Shown: positions 8,806-17,638, numbered from the stretch's first letter. The stretch is 64,000 bases of DNA from Candidatus Fermentibacteraceae bacterium (GCA_016936235.1 JAFGPK010000042.1:32-64031); one strand, 5' to 3'. Notes: generated by a model from the letters alone, not told the origin. A program made the numbers and translations.

Positions 8806-10323
8806 TTGGTAATGTACTTTCTGCTGATGGTGCTGGCGGCCGGCGCACCGGATACTCTCTGGGCCAATGTAACCAGCGGCGGCGTCTATTCCACCGTGGA
8901 GGTTGGCGACCTGGACGGTGACGGGATCCCCGATGTGGTCAGCGGGGTGAATTTCTGGGACGCCCAGCCGACTCTATGGTGCATTTCCGGCGCCGACGGA
9001 GCGACTATATGGACCTCCGACCAGTACAAGGGCATCTATCAGGACGAGGGCCTGACAGGCGTGCAGGACTTGAACGGCGACGGTTACCGCGACATCCTGC
9101 TGGCCACTCCCGGGGGATACGCGCCTCCCGGCAGGTGCCTGATACTGGTATCGGGTTATGACGGCTCCCTGATCTGGCAGTGGAGCGCCTATGAGACGAT
9201 GCCGTCCGGTGCGGGATGGGGTTACAGCTGTTGCGTTATGGACGACCAGACAGGAGATGAACTCCCTGAGTGTATCGGGGGTTTCGGCTCCACCGGTTCG
9301 GCCAACACTTCAGCGGCGGCGTGCCTGGACGGGACGAACGGCGATATCCTGTGGACCAGGACCGTCTCTGATGCGGTGGAGGACGTTCTGGCTGTGCCCG
9401 ACGTGAACCAGGACGGGATACAGGAAGTGGTGCTGGGAATTGGCGGCAACTCTTACACTGACTACACTATCGAACTGCTTGACGGTTCCGATGGAAGCCT
9501 GATCTGGAGCCGAATGGGCGGCGGGGATGTCATGTGCGTGGATGCCCTGGACCGTGAGGATACCCTGCCCTGGGTAGTGAGCAGCTCCTTCGACGGGGAG
9601 GCCAGGTGCTACGACCTGGGAGGCGCGCTGATATGGGAGAGGGACCTGGGGGGAATGCTCCTCGATGTGGAATCGGGTCCGGACCTCAACTCTGACGGGA
9701 TATCCGAAGTCGCTCTGGCAGGGGACAATGCGGGTACGATGTGTCTCGACGGCGCTACCGGGAATACACTGTGGAGCTACCCCAGCGGCTCAAATACGTG
9801 GAGCGTCGCCTGGACGGACTCGGTGTACACCGGAGGAGTGTTCGTCCCGTGCATCGCGGGGGGCAGCGTGAACGGCTACAGGATAACCCTGAACGATGCC
9901 GTCACGGGAGACCTGCTGTGGGAGCAATCTTTCACGGAGAGGGTCTATAACGTCAGCTCGTTCATTCTGGACGGTGTGTCTCCCTCTTCCATAGTGTTTG
10001 CGGGGCTTCAGGACCAGCAGCCCCAGCCATTCCATGCCTGGGCGTTCCTCTCCTCCGTGGAGACAACGGTCGGTGAGGGACAGGTTCAGGCTTACGGCGG
10101 CAGGATGCTGAGGGGGAACCCGGTCTCGGGGATCGCGCTTCTCACCCCTCCCGAAGGGGAGTGGGAATGCTGCGTGTACGACCTTTCCGGCAGGCTCGTG
10201 TGGACGGACATGATAAAGGGTGTAACAAGTATCGACGTATCAGCCTGGAGTGCCGGCTGCTACCTTCTGGTCGCGTCCCGTGGCGACATCGATATCAGGG
10301 AGTCCCTCACGGTCATCCACTGA
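8806..10323 (+). CDS. Secreted FG-GAP/VCBS-repeat beta-propeller protein with a T9SS-type C-terminal tail
   Basis: It has repeated Ca-binding-like loops: DLDGDGIPDVVSG, DLNGDGYRDILLA, DQTGDELPECIGG, DVNQDGIQEVVLG, DLNSDGISEVALAG. The hydrophobic N-terminus is MYFLLMVLAAGA. The C-terminus CCVYDLSGRLVWTD...SAGCYLLVASRGDIDIRESLTVIH resembles T9SS CTDs. The start is either TTG 8806 or ATG 8812, with a GGAAGGAG box at 8793-8800. Confidence 0.7.
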   Translation: MVMYFLLMVLAAGAPDTLWANVTSGGVYSTVEVGDLDGDGIPDVVSGVNFWDAQPTLWCISGADGATIWTSDQYKGIYQDEGLTGVQDLNGDGYRDILLATPGGYAPPGRCLILVSGYDGSLIWQWSAYETMPSGAGWGYSCCVMDDQTGDELPECIGGFGSTGSANTSAAACLDGTNGDILWTRTVSDAVEDVLAVPDVNQDGIQEVVLGIGGNSYTDYTIELLDGSDGSLIWSRMGGGDVMCVDALDREDTLPWVVSSSFDGEARCYDLGGALIWERDLGGMLLDVESGPDLNSDGISEVALAGDNAGTMCLDGATGNTLWSYPSGSNTWSVAWTDSVYTGGVFVPCIAGGSVNGYRITLNDAVTGDLLWEQSFTERVYNVSSFILDGVSPSSIVFAGLQDQQPQPFHAWAFLSSVETTVGEGQVQAYGGRMLRGNPVSGIALLTPPEGEWECCVYDLSGRLVWTDMIKGVTSIDVSAWSAGCYLLVASRGDIDIRESLTVIH

Positions 10324-11110
10324 GGAATACGGGTCTTCCCTCCCTGGACTCGGATGCTGCTATGGCAGCTCCCAGGGCACCGGTTATACGCGGGTCCGGG
10401 GGGCTGACGATATCCAGTCCCGTTTCATCGCGAAGGGCGTACATCACGCCCTCCAGCTGTGCGACTCCTCCGGTGAAGACCACAAGGTCCCTGATCCTGG
10501 CCCTGCCGGCCATGGACAGAGTTCTCCTGGCCACGGCCTGGAAGATGCCGTTGAGTATCACGTCGGTGCCGCACCCCCCCTGAAGCAGGCCTACTATCTC
10601 GCTCTCTGCGAACACGGCGCACATGGAGGATATGTCAACGCTTCCCGCATCGGGTGAGACCCTGCCGTTCATCTCCGAAACAGGTATTCCAAGTATGCCC
10701 CCGGCCATCTCTATGAATCGCCCGGTGCCGGCTGCGCAGCGGTCGTTCATGACGAAGTCGGTGGGCCTGCCTTCGCTGTCCAGCTCGATCAGTTTCGAGT
10801 CCTGGCCTCCGATGTCGATCACGGTCCCCGCCCCGGGAAAGAAATACGATACACCTCTTGCATGGCATATTATCTCCGAACAGGACCTGTCGGCGTCCTG
10901 GAAGTAGTTCCTGCCGTAGCCGGTTGCAACGATCCCGTCCAGGTCGCTCCGTCGGATCCCGGCCGAGCCGAGTGCCTGGCTGAAGGCCCTGCGACCGTTC
11001 TCTATGGGCGAGTTGCCGGTATCCGTTACCAGTGCATCGACTATCTGCGCTCCGTCGTAGAGCACCACTTCAATAGAGCGGGCCCCGATGTCCACTCCGC
11101 AGTAGGTCAT
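10313..11110 (-). CDS. BadF/BadG/BcrA/BcrD-type ATPase (HgdC-like activase of 2-hydroxyacyl-CoA dehydratase-type enzymes)
   Basis: 265 aa. MTYCGVDIGARSIEVVL ... ATGYGRNYF ... SEIICHARG ... VIDIGGQDSKLIEL ... FVMNDRCAAGTGRFIE are the actin-fold and cluster-bridging motifs of activases. Its start overlaps the upstream gene stop in an ATGA at 11107-11110. Confidence 0.85.
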   Translation of the reverse strand: MTYCGVDIGARSIEVVLYDGAQIVDALVTDTGNSPIENGRRAFSQALGSAGIRRSDLDGIVATGYGRNYFQDADRSCSEIICHARGVSYFFPGAGTVIDIGGQDSKLIELDSEGRPTDFVMNDRCAAGTGRFIEMAGGILGIPVSEMNGRVSPDAGSVDISSMCAVFAESEIVGLLQGGCGTDVILNGIFQAVARRTLSMAGRARIRDLVVFTGGVAQLEGVMYALRDETGLDIVSPPDPRITGALGAAIAASESREGRPVFLSG

Positions 11111-13704
11111 ATCATCTCCAATAGCGTCTGTATCCTCACAGAGAGCCTTTCTCTGTCCGATTCGGAGTAATCCGTGTCCACTTTCAGGTAGGACAGGCCC
11201 AGCTCATCCCTCACATGCCTCTCCACCTGCCATGACTCCACGCTGTACGTAAGGCAGGCGTGCCAGACCAAGTCCACCACGGCATCTATTCCGAAGTCGT
11301 CCGCAAGGCGGCCGATCAGCTCCATCCTCCCTGTGTTGGGGGTCATGCATGAACAGGGAATATGGAAATGCTTCCGGGCTATGGCCTCCAGAGGGTTTCC
11401 TGTGCCCTCCTCCGTCAGGGTGTCCAGGGGCTTCCAGCCGGAACATGTCTCCTGCACGGCCACAACCCCCCCGCACTCCTCGATTATCTCTATTATCTTG
11501 AAAGTGCCGCTGGACATGGGACATCCCGTAATCATGACCCTTGGGGCATCAGGTCTGAAGACAGGCTCTTTCCTGTCCTCCACCGCATGGATGAACCTGT
11601 CCAGCATGACGTGATGTTCGGGAAGGCCCGATATCCTGTATCTGAGATGAGCGAGGTCCAGCCCGGAGACCACGGAGGGTTTTCGTCTGCCCAGCTCGTA
11701 CGCCCTCCTCAGAAGCAATCGCTCGCTGTTCATTAGCCGTATGGCTTCCTCGAGGTCATCATCCGATATCTTCGTAGCGAATTGCTTCTCAAGGGCTTCC
11801 CTCAGTTTCTCGACCTCTGCAAGCCAGTGGCGGAAGGCTTCGGGCTCATCAACCTTCTGGGTCAGTTCAAGTATGTGCTGAGGCTTCCTCTCGGCTATCA
11901 GCTCGTACATCTTCTTCTTGCCGTCGCAGGTGGTCTCGGCTATCACGATGTCAGAGACTACGAAGAAAGGACATCTGCTGGTGAGGATGTACCCGAAGGA
12001 TGATTTGATCAGGGGACAGAGGTTCGACGGAAGCACCGTCTCAGCCGCGGGGATGGTCCTCCTGCTGGCACCGCAGAGGCAAACGGGAAGTGCTCCCGCG
12101 GCCAGGATGACCTCTCTTGGGGTGAATTCGCAGTAGATACCCGCAACCCCCCGGCCTTGCCGTTTCCTGGTCCGTACCAGGTCCACCTCTTCCGACATTG
12201 AGTTCCTGAACCACCGGAAGGGGTCTGCGTGATGGTAATCGGGGAGATCGCCGGAGTACTCGCGGCTCACCGGTACGGTGGACCTTCGCCTTGATCCCAG
12301 CAGTTCCATGAAGCCCTGCATCCGATTCAGGATCTGTTCGCTGTGCCTGCCCGGGGAGAAGGGCACATCGAAGGAGAGTACCGGGATCCCAAGCCGGGAT
12401 CCCACGGCCTCCTTGATCGCGTTCTCGTCCCACGGGCAATGGCTTGCGCCGGATATGCCCGAGATGATCACACCCTCGGCCCCAGATGCCCTGGCCCCCT
12501 CGACTATCCTGGCAGCCCTGAACTGCTGGGTTCCTGTCATGCAGTCGTCAAGGCAGTTCTCCGCCACCGCCGCCACAGGGTCCTTCACCGTGGAAAGCGG
12601 AAGGAAGGCGTGGGAGATCAGGTACTCGGTGCCTGCCACGCATCCCCCCAGGTCCTCGAGAAGAGTGATAAGGGAAGCGTCCGTGGGCGGCGTGACCCAG
12701 AACACGCGAAGTGGATATTCAGTTCTCAGGGGCGAGGTGCCGCTCTCCAGCCTGCCATGTGCCACTTCCAGGAGCCCTTGCAGTACGTTTATCGATTCTT
12801 CCGGCTCCGAGCAGGCATGGATGGCAATGAACTCCGCCAGGAACATTTCCAGACCCGGCAGGGGAGGTCGCCTTGCATGGTAGACCTTCTCCCTCAGCTC
12901 CCTTACCTGACCCCTGATAGTGTTGAACCTGCTAAGGCTCCTTCTCAGCTCCTTCGGGTCGGCCTCTCTTCCTGTCAGCTGCTCCATCCTGCGCACCACG
13001 GATGCGAGCTGATCCTCTGCGAACCGAACCGCCCCCACCTTTCGCTCCGGGTCTCCCCATGGGTCCCACTCAGGATGGCGGCAGCTATCCTGGCAGCCGT
13101 CTCCGTGAGCGGCCATCTCCCACCAGTGAACAGGGTAGCCCAGACCTTCTATAAGCTGCATGATGGCTGAGAAGTCGTCGCAGCAGGCGCCAACACCGGC
13201 TATGCAGAGATCCGGCGGGGGGAAGTAGTCCAGTGTGACCATCGCCCCCAGCGCGGCCCTTACGAAGCACAGCTCCTCTCCGGCGCCGAGTCGGGCGGCT
13301 TCGTCCAGCAGGTGGGTCTCCTCGCTGAAGCATGGAGCCCACCACAGCTCGTCTGCATAGAAAGTAAGTGTCTGCGGGAAGCCGTATGTAAGCACGGGCA
13401 CCTGGCCCAGGTCCTTCATTGCGGCCACTATCTTCCAGCCGTGTTCCCTGGCCAGGAAGAGCCTGTCCTTCTCGCTGAACAGGAACGCCCACAGCCTGAG
13501 GGCCTCCAGGGAGCTGTCGAACTTGAGCCTTCGAAGCAGGAGGTCACCCCTGCAGGAGTACTCGTACTGGCTGAACAGGTACTCCACCCCTCCCGGTATC
13601 ACTTCCCTGAGGGACCTGCACTGGCTTTTAAAGGCTTCCGGTACGTCGGATATCCTGGAATGCCATTCCATAGAGGATATCCTGTCCGCTCCCGCCGAAT
13701 TCAT
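11107..13704 (-). CDS. Tandem-fused protein with two 2-hydroxyacyl-CoA dehydratase/benzoyl-CoA reductase-type (HGD-D) modules
   Basis: 865 aa. The C-terminal module (GIYCEFTPREVILAAGALPVCLCG...NLCPLIKSSFGY...VIAETTCDGKKKMYELI) looks like a classical HgdA/BcrC-type subunit. The N-terminal module (KIVAAMKDLGQVPVLTYGFP...LCFVRAALGAM...IAGVGACCDDFSAIMQLIE) is a second, more divergent copy. There are ATGA overlaps with both neighbouring genes. Confidence 0.75.
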   Translation of the reverse strand: MNSAGADRISSMEWHSRISDVPEAFKSQCRSLREVIPGGVEYLFSQYEYSCRGDLLLRRLKFDSSLEALRLWAFLFSEKDRLFLAREHGWKIVAAMKDLGQVPVLTYGFPQTLTFYADELWWAPCFSEETHLLDEAARLGAGEELCFVRAALGAMVTLDYFPPPDLCIAGVGACCDDFSAIMQLIEGLGYPVHWWEMAAHGDGCQDSCRHPEWDPWGDPERKVGAVRFAEDQLASVVRRMEQLTGREADPKELRRSLSRFNTIRGQVRELREKVYHARRPPLPGLEMFLAEFIAIHACSEPEESINVLQGLLEVAHGRLESGTSPLRTEYPLRVFWVTPPTDASLITLLEDLGGCVAGTEYLISHAFLPLSTVKDPVAAVAENCLDDCMTGTQQFRAARIVEGARASGAEGVIISGISGASHCPWDENAIKEAVGSRLGIPVLSFDVPFSPGRHSEQILNRMQGFMELLGSRRRSTVPVSREYSGDLPDYHHADPFRWFRNSMSEEVDLVRTRKRQGRGVAGIYCEFTPREVILAAGALPVCLCGASRRTIPAAETVLPSNLCPLIKSSFGYILTSRCPFFVVSDIVIAETTCDGKKKMYELIAERKPQHILELTQKVDEPEAFRHWLAEVEKLREALEKQFATKISDDDLEEAIRLMNSERLLLRRAYELGRRKPSVVSGLDLAHLRYRISGLPEHHVMLDRFIHAVEDRKEPVFRPDAPRVMITGCPMSSGTFKIIEIIEECGGVVAVQETCSGWKPLDTLTEEGTGNPLEAIARKHFHIPCSCMTPNTGRMELIGRLADDFGIDAVVDLVWHACLTYSVESWQVERHVRDELGLSYLKVDTDYSESDRERLSVRIQTLLEMI

Positions 13705-14807
13705 GCCCTCAGCGTTTCCAGGAAGGATTCGACCCTGTTCCTCTGTCTCGGAGCCTCCCCTTCACCATAGGATGTATCAATGACCAGCACAGGGACATCC
13801 ATTCTCTCCCTGAGCCGCTCCCTCTCGGTGAACCACAGGTCGCAGAACTTGAGGGTCTTGACCAGGATACCCGAGCAGCCGCTTATCCGGACCGCCTCCC
13901 CGATATAGTCGAAGGTCTCGTCGTTGGGCCTGCTGCGCGGACACCTGAGCGAACGGAAGGACTCATCTGCAAGCCCCTCGGGAGAAGCGGACACCGGAAG
14001 GCCGTTCATCCCGGCGAAGGGCACCGACTGGAGGCCTGAGCATCCCAGGGGGAGCACACCCACCCGCTTTTCCTCCAGCAGATGGAGGATATGTGTGTCC
14101 TCCAGGGTCAAGGCACCGCCGGTGAGTGCGACCATGAATCTTGGTGAGAACTCGTCCGCCAGCTTCAGCAGTGATCTGAGGGTCTCATCCAGGCCTTTCG
14201 GGTCGGAAAGATGGAAAAGGTGAAAAAGGCAGTGGAGGTCCATGGGGGAGAGGCTGCCTCCAAGGGCAGCCTCGGCAAGCACTTTTCCCGCAGCGCACCT
14301 GGCGGCTGCGTGCTCCATGACCGTGTCGGGGGAATACACAACATCCAGCAGTCTCTCGGCCTGCCGTACGAACTCCGTCATCTGCCATCCGTAGTAGCCA
14401 CCGGCTTTCCCGGTTCTGGTGGAGGGCAGCTGGACCGTGTGGACGGCGGCTGTTTCCGCGATGCGCGAGAAGCACCTTCTCGTATGGTCGCAAGTGGCAA
14501 GGCCCATCCACAGGTCCACCAGGCAGAAGGGCTCGGACCCGGCGAATATCCCACCCAGCACGACCTTGATGAAGGGGCAGATGTCTGGCCTCACCAGGCT
14601 GCCCCCCGCATCCTCCATCTGTCCGGACGCTCCATGAAGGATCCTGAGAGGTCTCAGTCCCAGGCCGGCGGCAACCGGCTCGGGAAATCCGCAGCAAAGG
14701 TATCCCAGGGTCTTTCCTCCACCCTCGCGGAACCTGCGGATGGAGTCGAGCTCATCCGCTATCCTATCACGGCATGCCCTTTGTAAGGGGCTGGAGGTTC
14801 CTGTCAA
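13701..14807 (-). CDS. 2-hydroxyacyl-CoA dehydratase family subunit (HgdB/BcrB-like module)
   Basis: 368 aa. KTLGYLCCGFPEPVAAGLGLRPLRIL ... RPDICPFIKVVLGG ... LATCDHTRRCF ... PLGCSGLQ fits the HGD-D family pattern. It lies 3 nt downstream of the methyltransferase stop and overlaps the next gene in an ATGA. Confidence 0.75.
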   Translation of the reverse strand: MTGTSSPLQRACRDRIADELDSIRRFREGGGKTLGYLCCGFPEPVAAGLGLRPLRILHGASGQMEDAGGSLVRPDICPFIKVVLGGIFAGSEPFCLVDLWMGLATCDHTRRCFSRIAETAAVHTVQLPSTRTGKAGGYYGWQMTEFVRQAERLLDVVYSPDTVMEHAAARCAAGKVLAEAALGGSLSPMDLHCLFHLFHLSDPKGLDETLRSLLKLADEFSPRFMVALTGGALTLEDTHILHLLEEKRVGVLPLGCSGLQSVPFAGMNGLPVSASPEGLADESFRSLRCPRSRPNDETFDYIGEAVRISGCSGILVKTLKFCDLWFTERERLRERMDVPVLVIDTSYGEGEAPRQRNRVESFLETLRA

Positions 14808-14810
14808 TTC

Positions 14811-15611
14811 CTACTCCTTCACCGCCACTATCCTTGCTCTTCCAAAACCGCCCTTCCTGGCTGTCTCTCCCATGAACATCATCTCCCCGCCCATCGCACC
14901 GAACATCTTCTCATCCCACCCAATGATCTTCAGGGCATCGAAGTAGAGCTGTCCTGTGAGCATCCTGATGTAGAAGTCGACATAATCGGCGAACTGCTCC
15001 GTCAGGTCCTCTTTGCTCCTGATGGAGAAACCGTTGTCCCGGAGGGCACCCTCGTACTTCCTCAACGTGTAGACATCGGGGAACTTCATGAATGTGCATA
15101 TCCTCTGTGCCGTCTCCTCGTCCATCCCCGCAGGCCCCTCAACCCAGTCTGAGAAGGCTATGGTGCCGCCGGGTCTGGTTACCCTCGCAGCTTCCTCTAT
15201 GAGCTTCTCCTTATCCTCCACGTAACACCAGGCATCTTCACCCCAGACAACATCGAAGGTGCTGTCGGGCCACGGAATGTCCTCGGCGTTGCCGACCTTG
15301 TACGTGATGCTCCCCGACTGTCCGTCCCTCTCTGTTCTCTTTACGGCCTCGTCCACCATGTGTCTGGTCGCATCGAGACCGTAGCCCTCTATCCCGTAGT
15401 TCCTCTCGAGGAAACGGAGCCCGGCACCGAGAGCACTGCAGATGTCCAGCACCTTCTGCCCGGCCTTGATACCGGCAGCATCGGCAAGCACTTTGGACTG
15501 GGACCAGCCCCCCACATGGATCTGCTCCCCCATGATGAGCTCCCACAGCTGCCCCTCGGGCCCGCTGTAGACGTCCATCACGTTCTCAACTGTCATACCG
15601 GTCTTCTTCAT
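14811..15611 (-). CDS. Class I SAM-dependent methyltransferase (N-terminus resembles sarcosine/dimethylglycine-type N-methyltransferases)
   Basis: 266 aa. Motif I is KVLDICSALGAGLRFL. The post-I and motif II region is GYGLDATRHMV...DSTFDVVWGEDAWCYV, and motif III is RVTRPGGTIAFSDW. The N-terminal YSGPEGQLWELIMGEQIHVGGW resembles the 'fy..iWGgedIHiG' box of that methyltransferase group. It is the first gene of the dehydratase-like operon. Confidence 0.8.
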   Translation of the reverse strand: MKKTGMTVENVMDVYSGPEGQLWELIMGEQIHVGGWSQSKVLADAAGIKAGQKVLDICSALGAGLRFLERNYGIEGYGLDATRHMVDEAVKRTERDGQSGSITYKVGNAEDIPWPDSTFDVVWGEDAWCYVEDKEKLIEEAARVTRPGGTIAFSDWVEGPAGMDEETAQRICTFMKFPDVYTLRKYEGALRDNGFSIRSKEDLTEQFADYVDFYIRMLTGQLYFDALKIIGWDEKMFGAMGGEMMFMGETARKGGFGRARIVAVKE

Positions 15612-15755
15612 GGCAACCCTCCCCGTTGTGATAATAGAGTTGACTTCCTACCCGGCACCGGACCTCATTCGGATGTCCGCCGGAAGCTACAGGGAGCGTC
15701 TTCGCTGAGATGGGATATCAGAGAGGGGACTGCACCCGGGAGCGACCGGCTGCGA

Positions 15756-15776
15756 GCAGGTCCCTCCGGGACCTGC
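15756..15776 (-). promoter_or_regulatory. Perfect 9-bp hairpin in the ~270-nt leader of the methyltransferase/dehydratase-like operon
   Basis: GCAGGTCCC (15756-15764), TCC loop, GGGACCTGC (15768-15776). No U-tract follows on either strand, so it is not a classical terminator. Function unknown. Confidence 0.3.
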
Positions 15777-15881
15777 CGCGGACGCCTCAAATGCAGGCCC
15801 TGAGAACCAGTTCCAACATTTCCGCTCCCTTCTATGCTAAATTCCGTACGAATGTGATAAAGAATTAACCATGATTATTCC

Positions 15882-16517
15882 ATGAACGGACTGGCCGGTC
15901 AAGAGGTGTTTCAGCCCTTCGCCGGCCGGTATACCTTACCGTTGACATCGGGATATGTATACATATGTTTACTGCATGAGCTGAACAGAAAGGGGGGCGA
16001 TGTGAGAACGGATGTCGAGAAAACGATCAGTTACTGCAGAAGCATATGGGAAAAGGGGCCTGATCGGAGTCCTGACCCGTACGGGCGCTTCGGAGACGCT
16101 GGGTTCTACCTCAGGCGCAGGGTACAGCGTGTTCAGGGAAAATGTACCGGGCAGAATGAAAACGGGTACTCGACGGAGATGTACCCGTCAGCTCTCCATT
16201 GTCTGGCGTGTCTCAGGTGGCGCATTATTCCGGAAAGGCTCAGAGAGGCTTCGGGGCTTGCAGACGAGACAGACCTTGATACTCTGCTCGACGGTTCCGG
16301 TTACTCGGTTTCCCTGATCGCGGAGGGACTGTTCGAGATGCTGGATGAGTGCCTGGAGTCCTCCAGCTGCACACCTGAGGACCTCAGGAGGATAAGGCTG
16401 GCCTATAACGGTCTTTCCGGTTTCGGGGACGACGGGGCCGACAGGATAGCGGCATGGGGATACCTGTCCGGGCGTGATATCGGATCCGAAAGCACTGCGG
16501 CCGCTCTGGCTGTCTGA
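15882..16517 (+). CDS. Hypothetical protein
   Basis: 211-codon ORF in an otherwise empty interval, preceded by an AT-rich stretch. The C-terminal half (DLDTLLDGSGYSVSLIAEGLFEMLDECLE...RIRLAYNGLSGFGDDGADRIAAWGYL) looks protein-like. No family recognised. Confidence 0.35.
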   Translation: MNGLAGQEVFQPFAGRYTLPLTSGYVYICLLHELNRKGGDVRTDVEKTISYCRSIWEKGPDRSPDPYGRFGDAGFYLRRRVQRVQGKCTGQNENGYSTEMYPSALHCLACLRWRIIPERLREASGLADETDLDTLLDGSGYSVSLIAEGLFEMLDECLESSSCTPEDLRRIRLAYNGLSGFGDDGADRIAAWGYLSGRDIGSESTAAALAV

Positions 16518-16523
16518 AAGCTC

Positions 16524-17342
16524 TCAGAACAGAGCTTTGTAGAGCGTGAACAGGCCGAGTATGATCGTGGCGACTCCCACTGTCATCGTGAAGCTGCGAA
16601 CCTTCAGCCTCTTCACCAGTTTCGTAGAGAACGGCACGGAAGCCACTGCTCCGGCCATGAGGATGAGGGTGAGCTTCCATTCGAAACTGTTCCCCAGAAG
16701 GAGGAAAGAGCTCACCCCCACCAGACAGGTGAAGCTCTCGGCCAGCGAGGTTATGGCCACCGAGTTCTTCGTATCCACGCCCGAGAGTATCTGTCCCGAT
16801 GTTACGAGGGGTCCGTATCCTCCTCCGGATAGACCCTTGTTGAAGGCGGCCAGAATCCCCAGTCCGGTTATTTTCTTCCAGCTGAAGTTCATGCTGGACC
16901 TTCGCTTTGCCAGTATGAGCACTCCCATGGCCAGTACTATGACCCCGATGAATACCTTTAGGTAAAGCTTGGGTATACTGACGGCGACGAAGACGGCCCC
17001 CACGGCTCCCGCCAGGCTGCATACCGCCAGGACCAGGGCTATCTTAGAAGCGTTGGACCTGGGCATGTAACCGAGGAGCCTGAATTTCCGCACAAGACGG
17101 TGGTTCCTTTCATTGCGGAAGTCGAAAGTGACATTGCCCTCCCTGTGATGCAGGTAGGCGGCCAGACCTCCCGTCACCAGCTCCGAGGCGAGTATGGCCG
17201 GAACGACTGCCAGGGGATTGAAGCCAAGCAGCAGAAGCAGCGGAGTAAGGGTCGTGCCGTACCCCATACCCAGTGACGAGTCAATGAACTCGCAAATGAA
17301 AGCTATTGGGAACAGCAGTGCAAGGCCCAGAGGGCTCTCCAT
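16524..17342 (-). CDS. TauE/SafE family anion (sulfite/sulfoacetate-type) exporter permease
   Basis: 272 aa, polytopic. The N-terminus LFPIAFICEFIDSSLGMGYGTTLTPLLLLLGF and the repeat half FNKGLSGGGYGPLVTSGQIL match the two-repeat TauE/SafE (DUF81) pattern. Confidence 0.85.
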   Translation of the reverse strand: MESPLGLALLFPIAFICEFIDSSLGMGYGTTLTPLLLLLGFNPLAVVPAILASELVTGGLAAYLHHREGNVTFDFRNERNHRLVRKFRLLGYMPRSNASKIALVLAVCSLAGAVGAVFVAVSIPKLYLKVFIGVIVLAMGVLILAKRRSSMNFSWKKITGLGILAAFNKGLSGGGYGPLVTSGQILSGVDTKNSVAITSLAESFTCLVGVSSFLLLGNSFEWKLTLILMAGAVASVPFSTKLVKRLKVRSFTMTVGVATIILGLFTLYKALF

Positions 17343-17344
17343 TC

Positions 17345-17572
17345 CTATTTCCCCTCGACAGGTATCAGGATCCCGCCCGAGGTCTCTTCATCAGTCCTGA
17401 CCCTGGAGATCGACAGCCGTCCGTCGTTGAACAGCACCCACCGTATCCTGTCGCCGTCCGATATCCCCAGCTTCTCCACTATCTCCTTGGGTATGGTAAT
17501 CCGGCGCCTGCTGCTTCGTATTGTCACCGAGGTCTCTCCTATATATGAAACGACGTCCAGGTCTATCTGCAT
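17345..17572 (-). CDS. AbrB/MazE/SpoVT-type DNA-binding domain protein
   Basis: Trimmed to ATG 17572 (MQIDLDVVSY...) with a GAAAGGA box upstream. The core RRRITIPKEIVEKLGISDGDRIRWVLFNDGRLSI is a swapped-hairpin AbrB-type motif. Its stop lies 2 nt from the tauE-like start. The upstream 82 codons of the track ORF are low-complexity and cover the promoter, so they are rejected. Confidence 0.65.
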   Translation of the reverse strand: MQIDLDVVSYIGETSVTIRSSRRRITIPKEIVEKLGISDGDRIRWVLFNDGRLSISRVRTDEETSGGILIPVEGK

Positions 17573-17597
17573 GATAATCCTTTCACAGATTGGAGTA

Positions 17598-17638
17598 ACA
17601 CCAAAGTATATTGGTATTATACCTATAGAGTTTGGTGT
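17598..17638. promoter_or_regulatory. 41-bp near-perfect palindrome (candidate operator) overlapping the abrB-like promoter
   Basis: ACACCAAAGTATATTGGTATTATACCTATAGAGTTTGGTGT. The outer 8-bp arms ACACCAAA/TTTGGTGT and the inner GGTAT/ATACC arms are perfect. By my count 33 of 41 positions are dyad-symmetric. Confidence 0.5.

Noticed and set aside
16517-16538. AAAGCTCT-CAGAAC-AGAGCTTT hairpin between the convergent genes ending at 16517 and 16524
   Set aside because: The stem is perfect but short, AU-rich and 8 bp long. It overlaps both stop codons and has no U-tract, so it is too weak to call a terminator.
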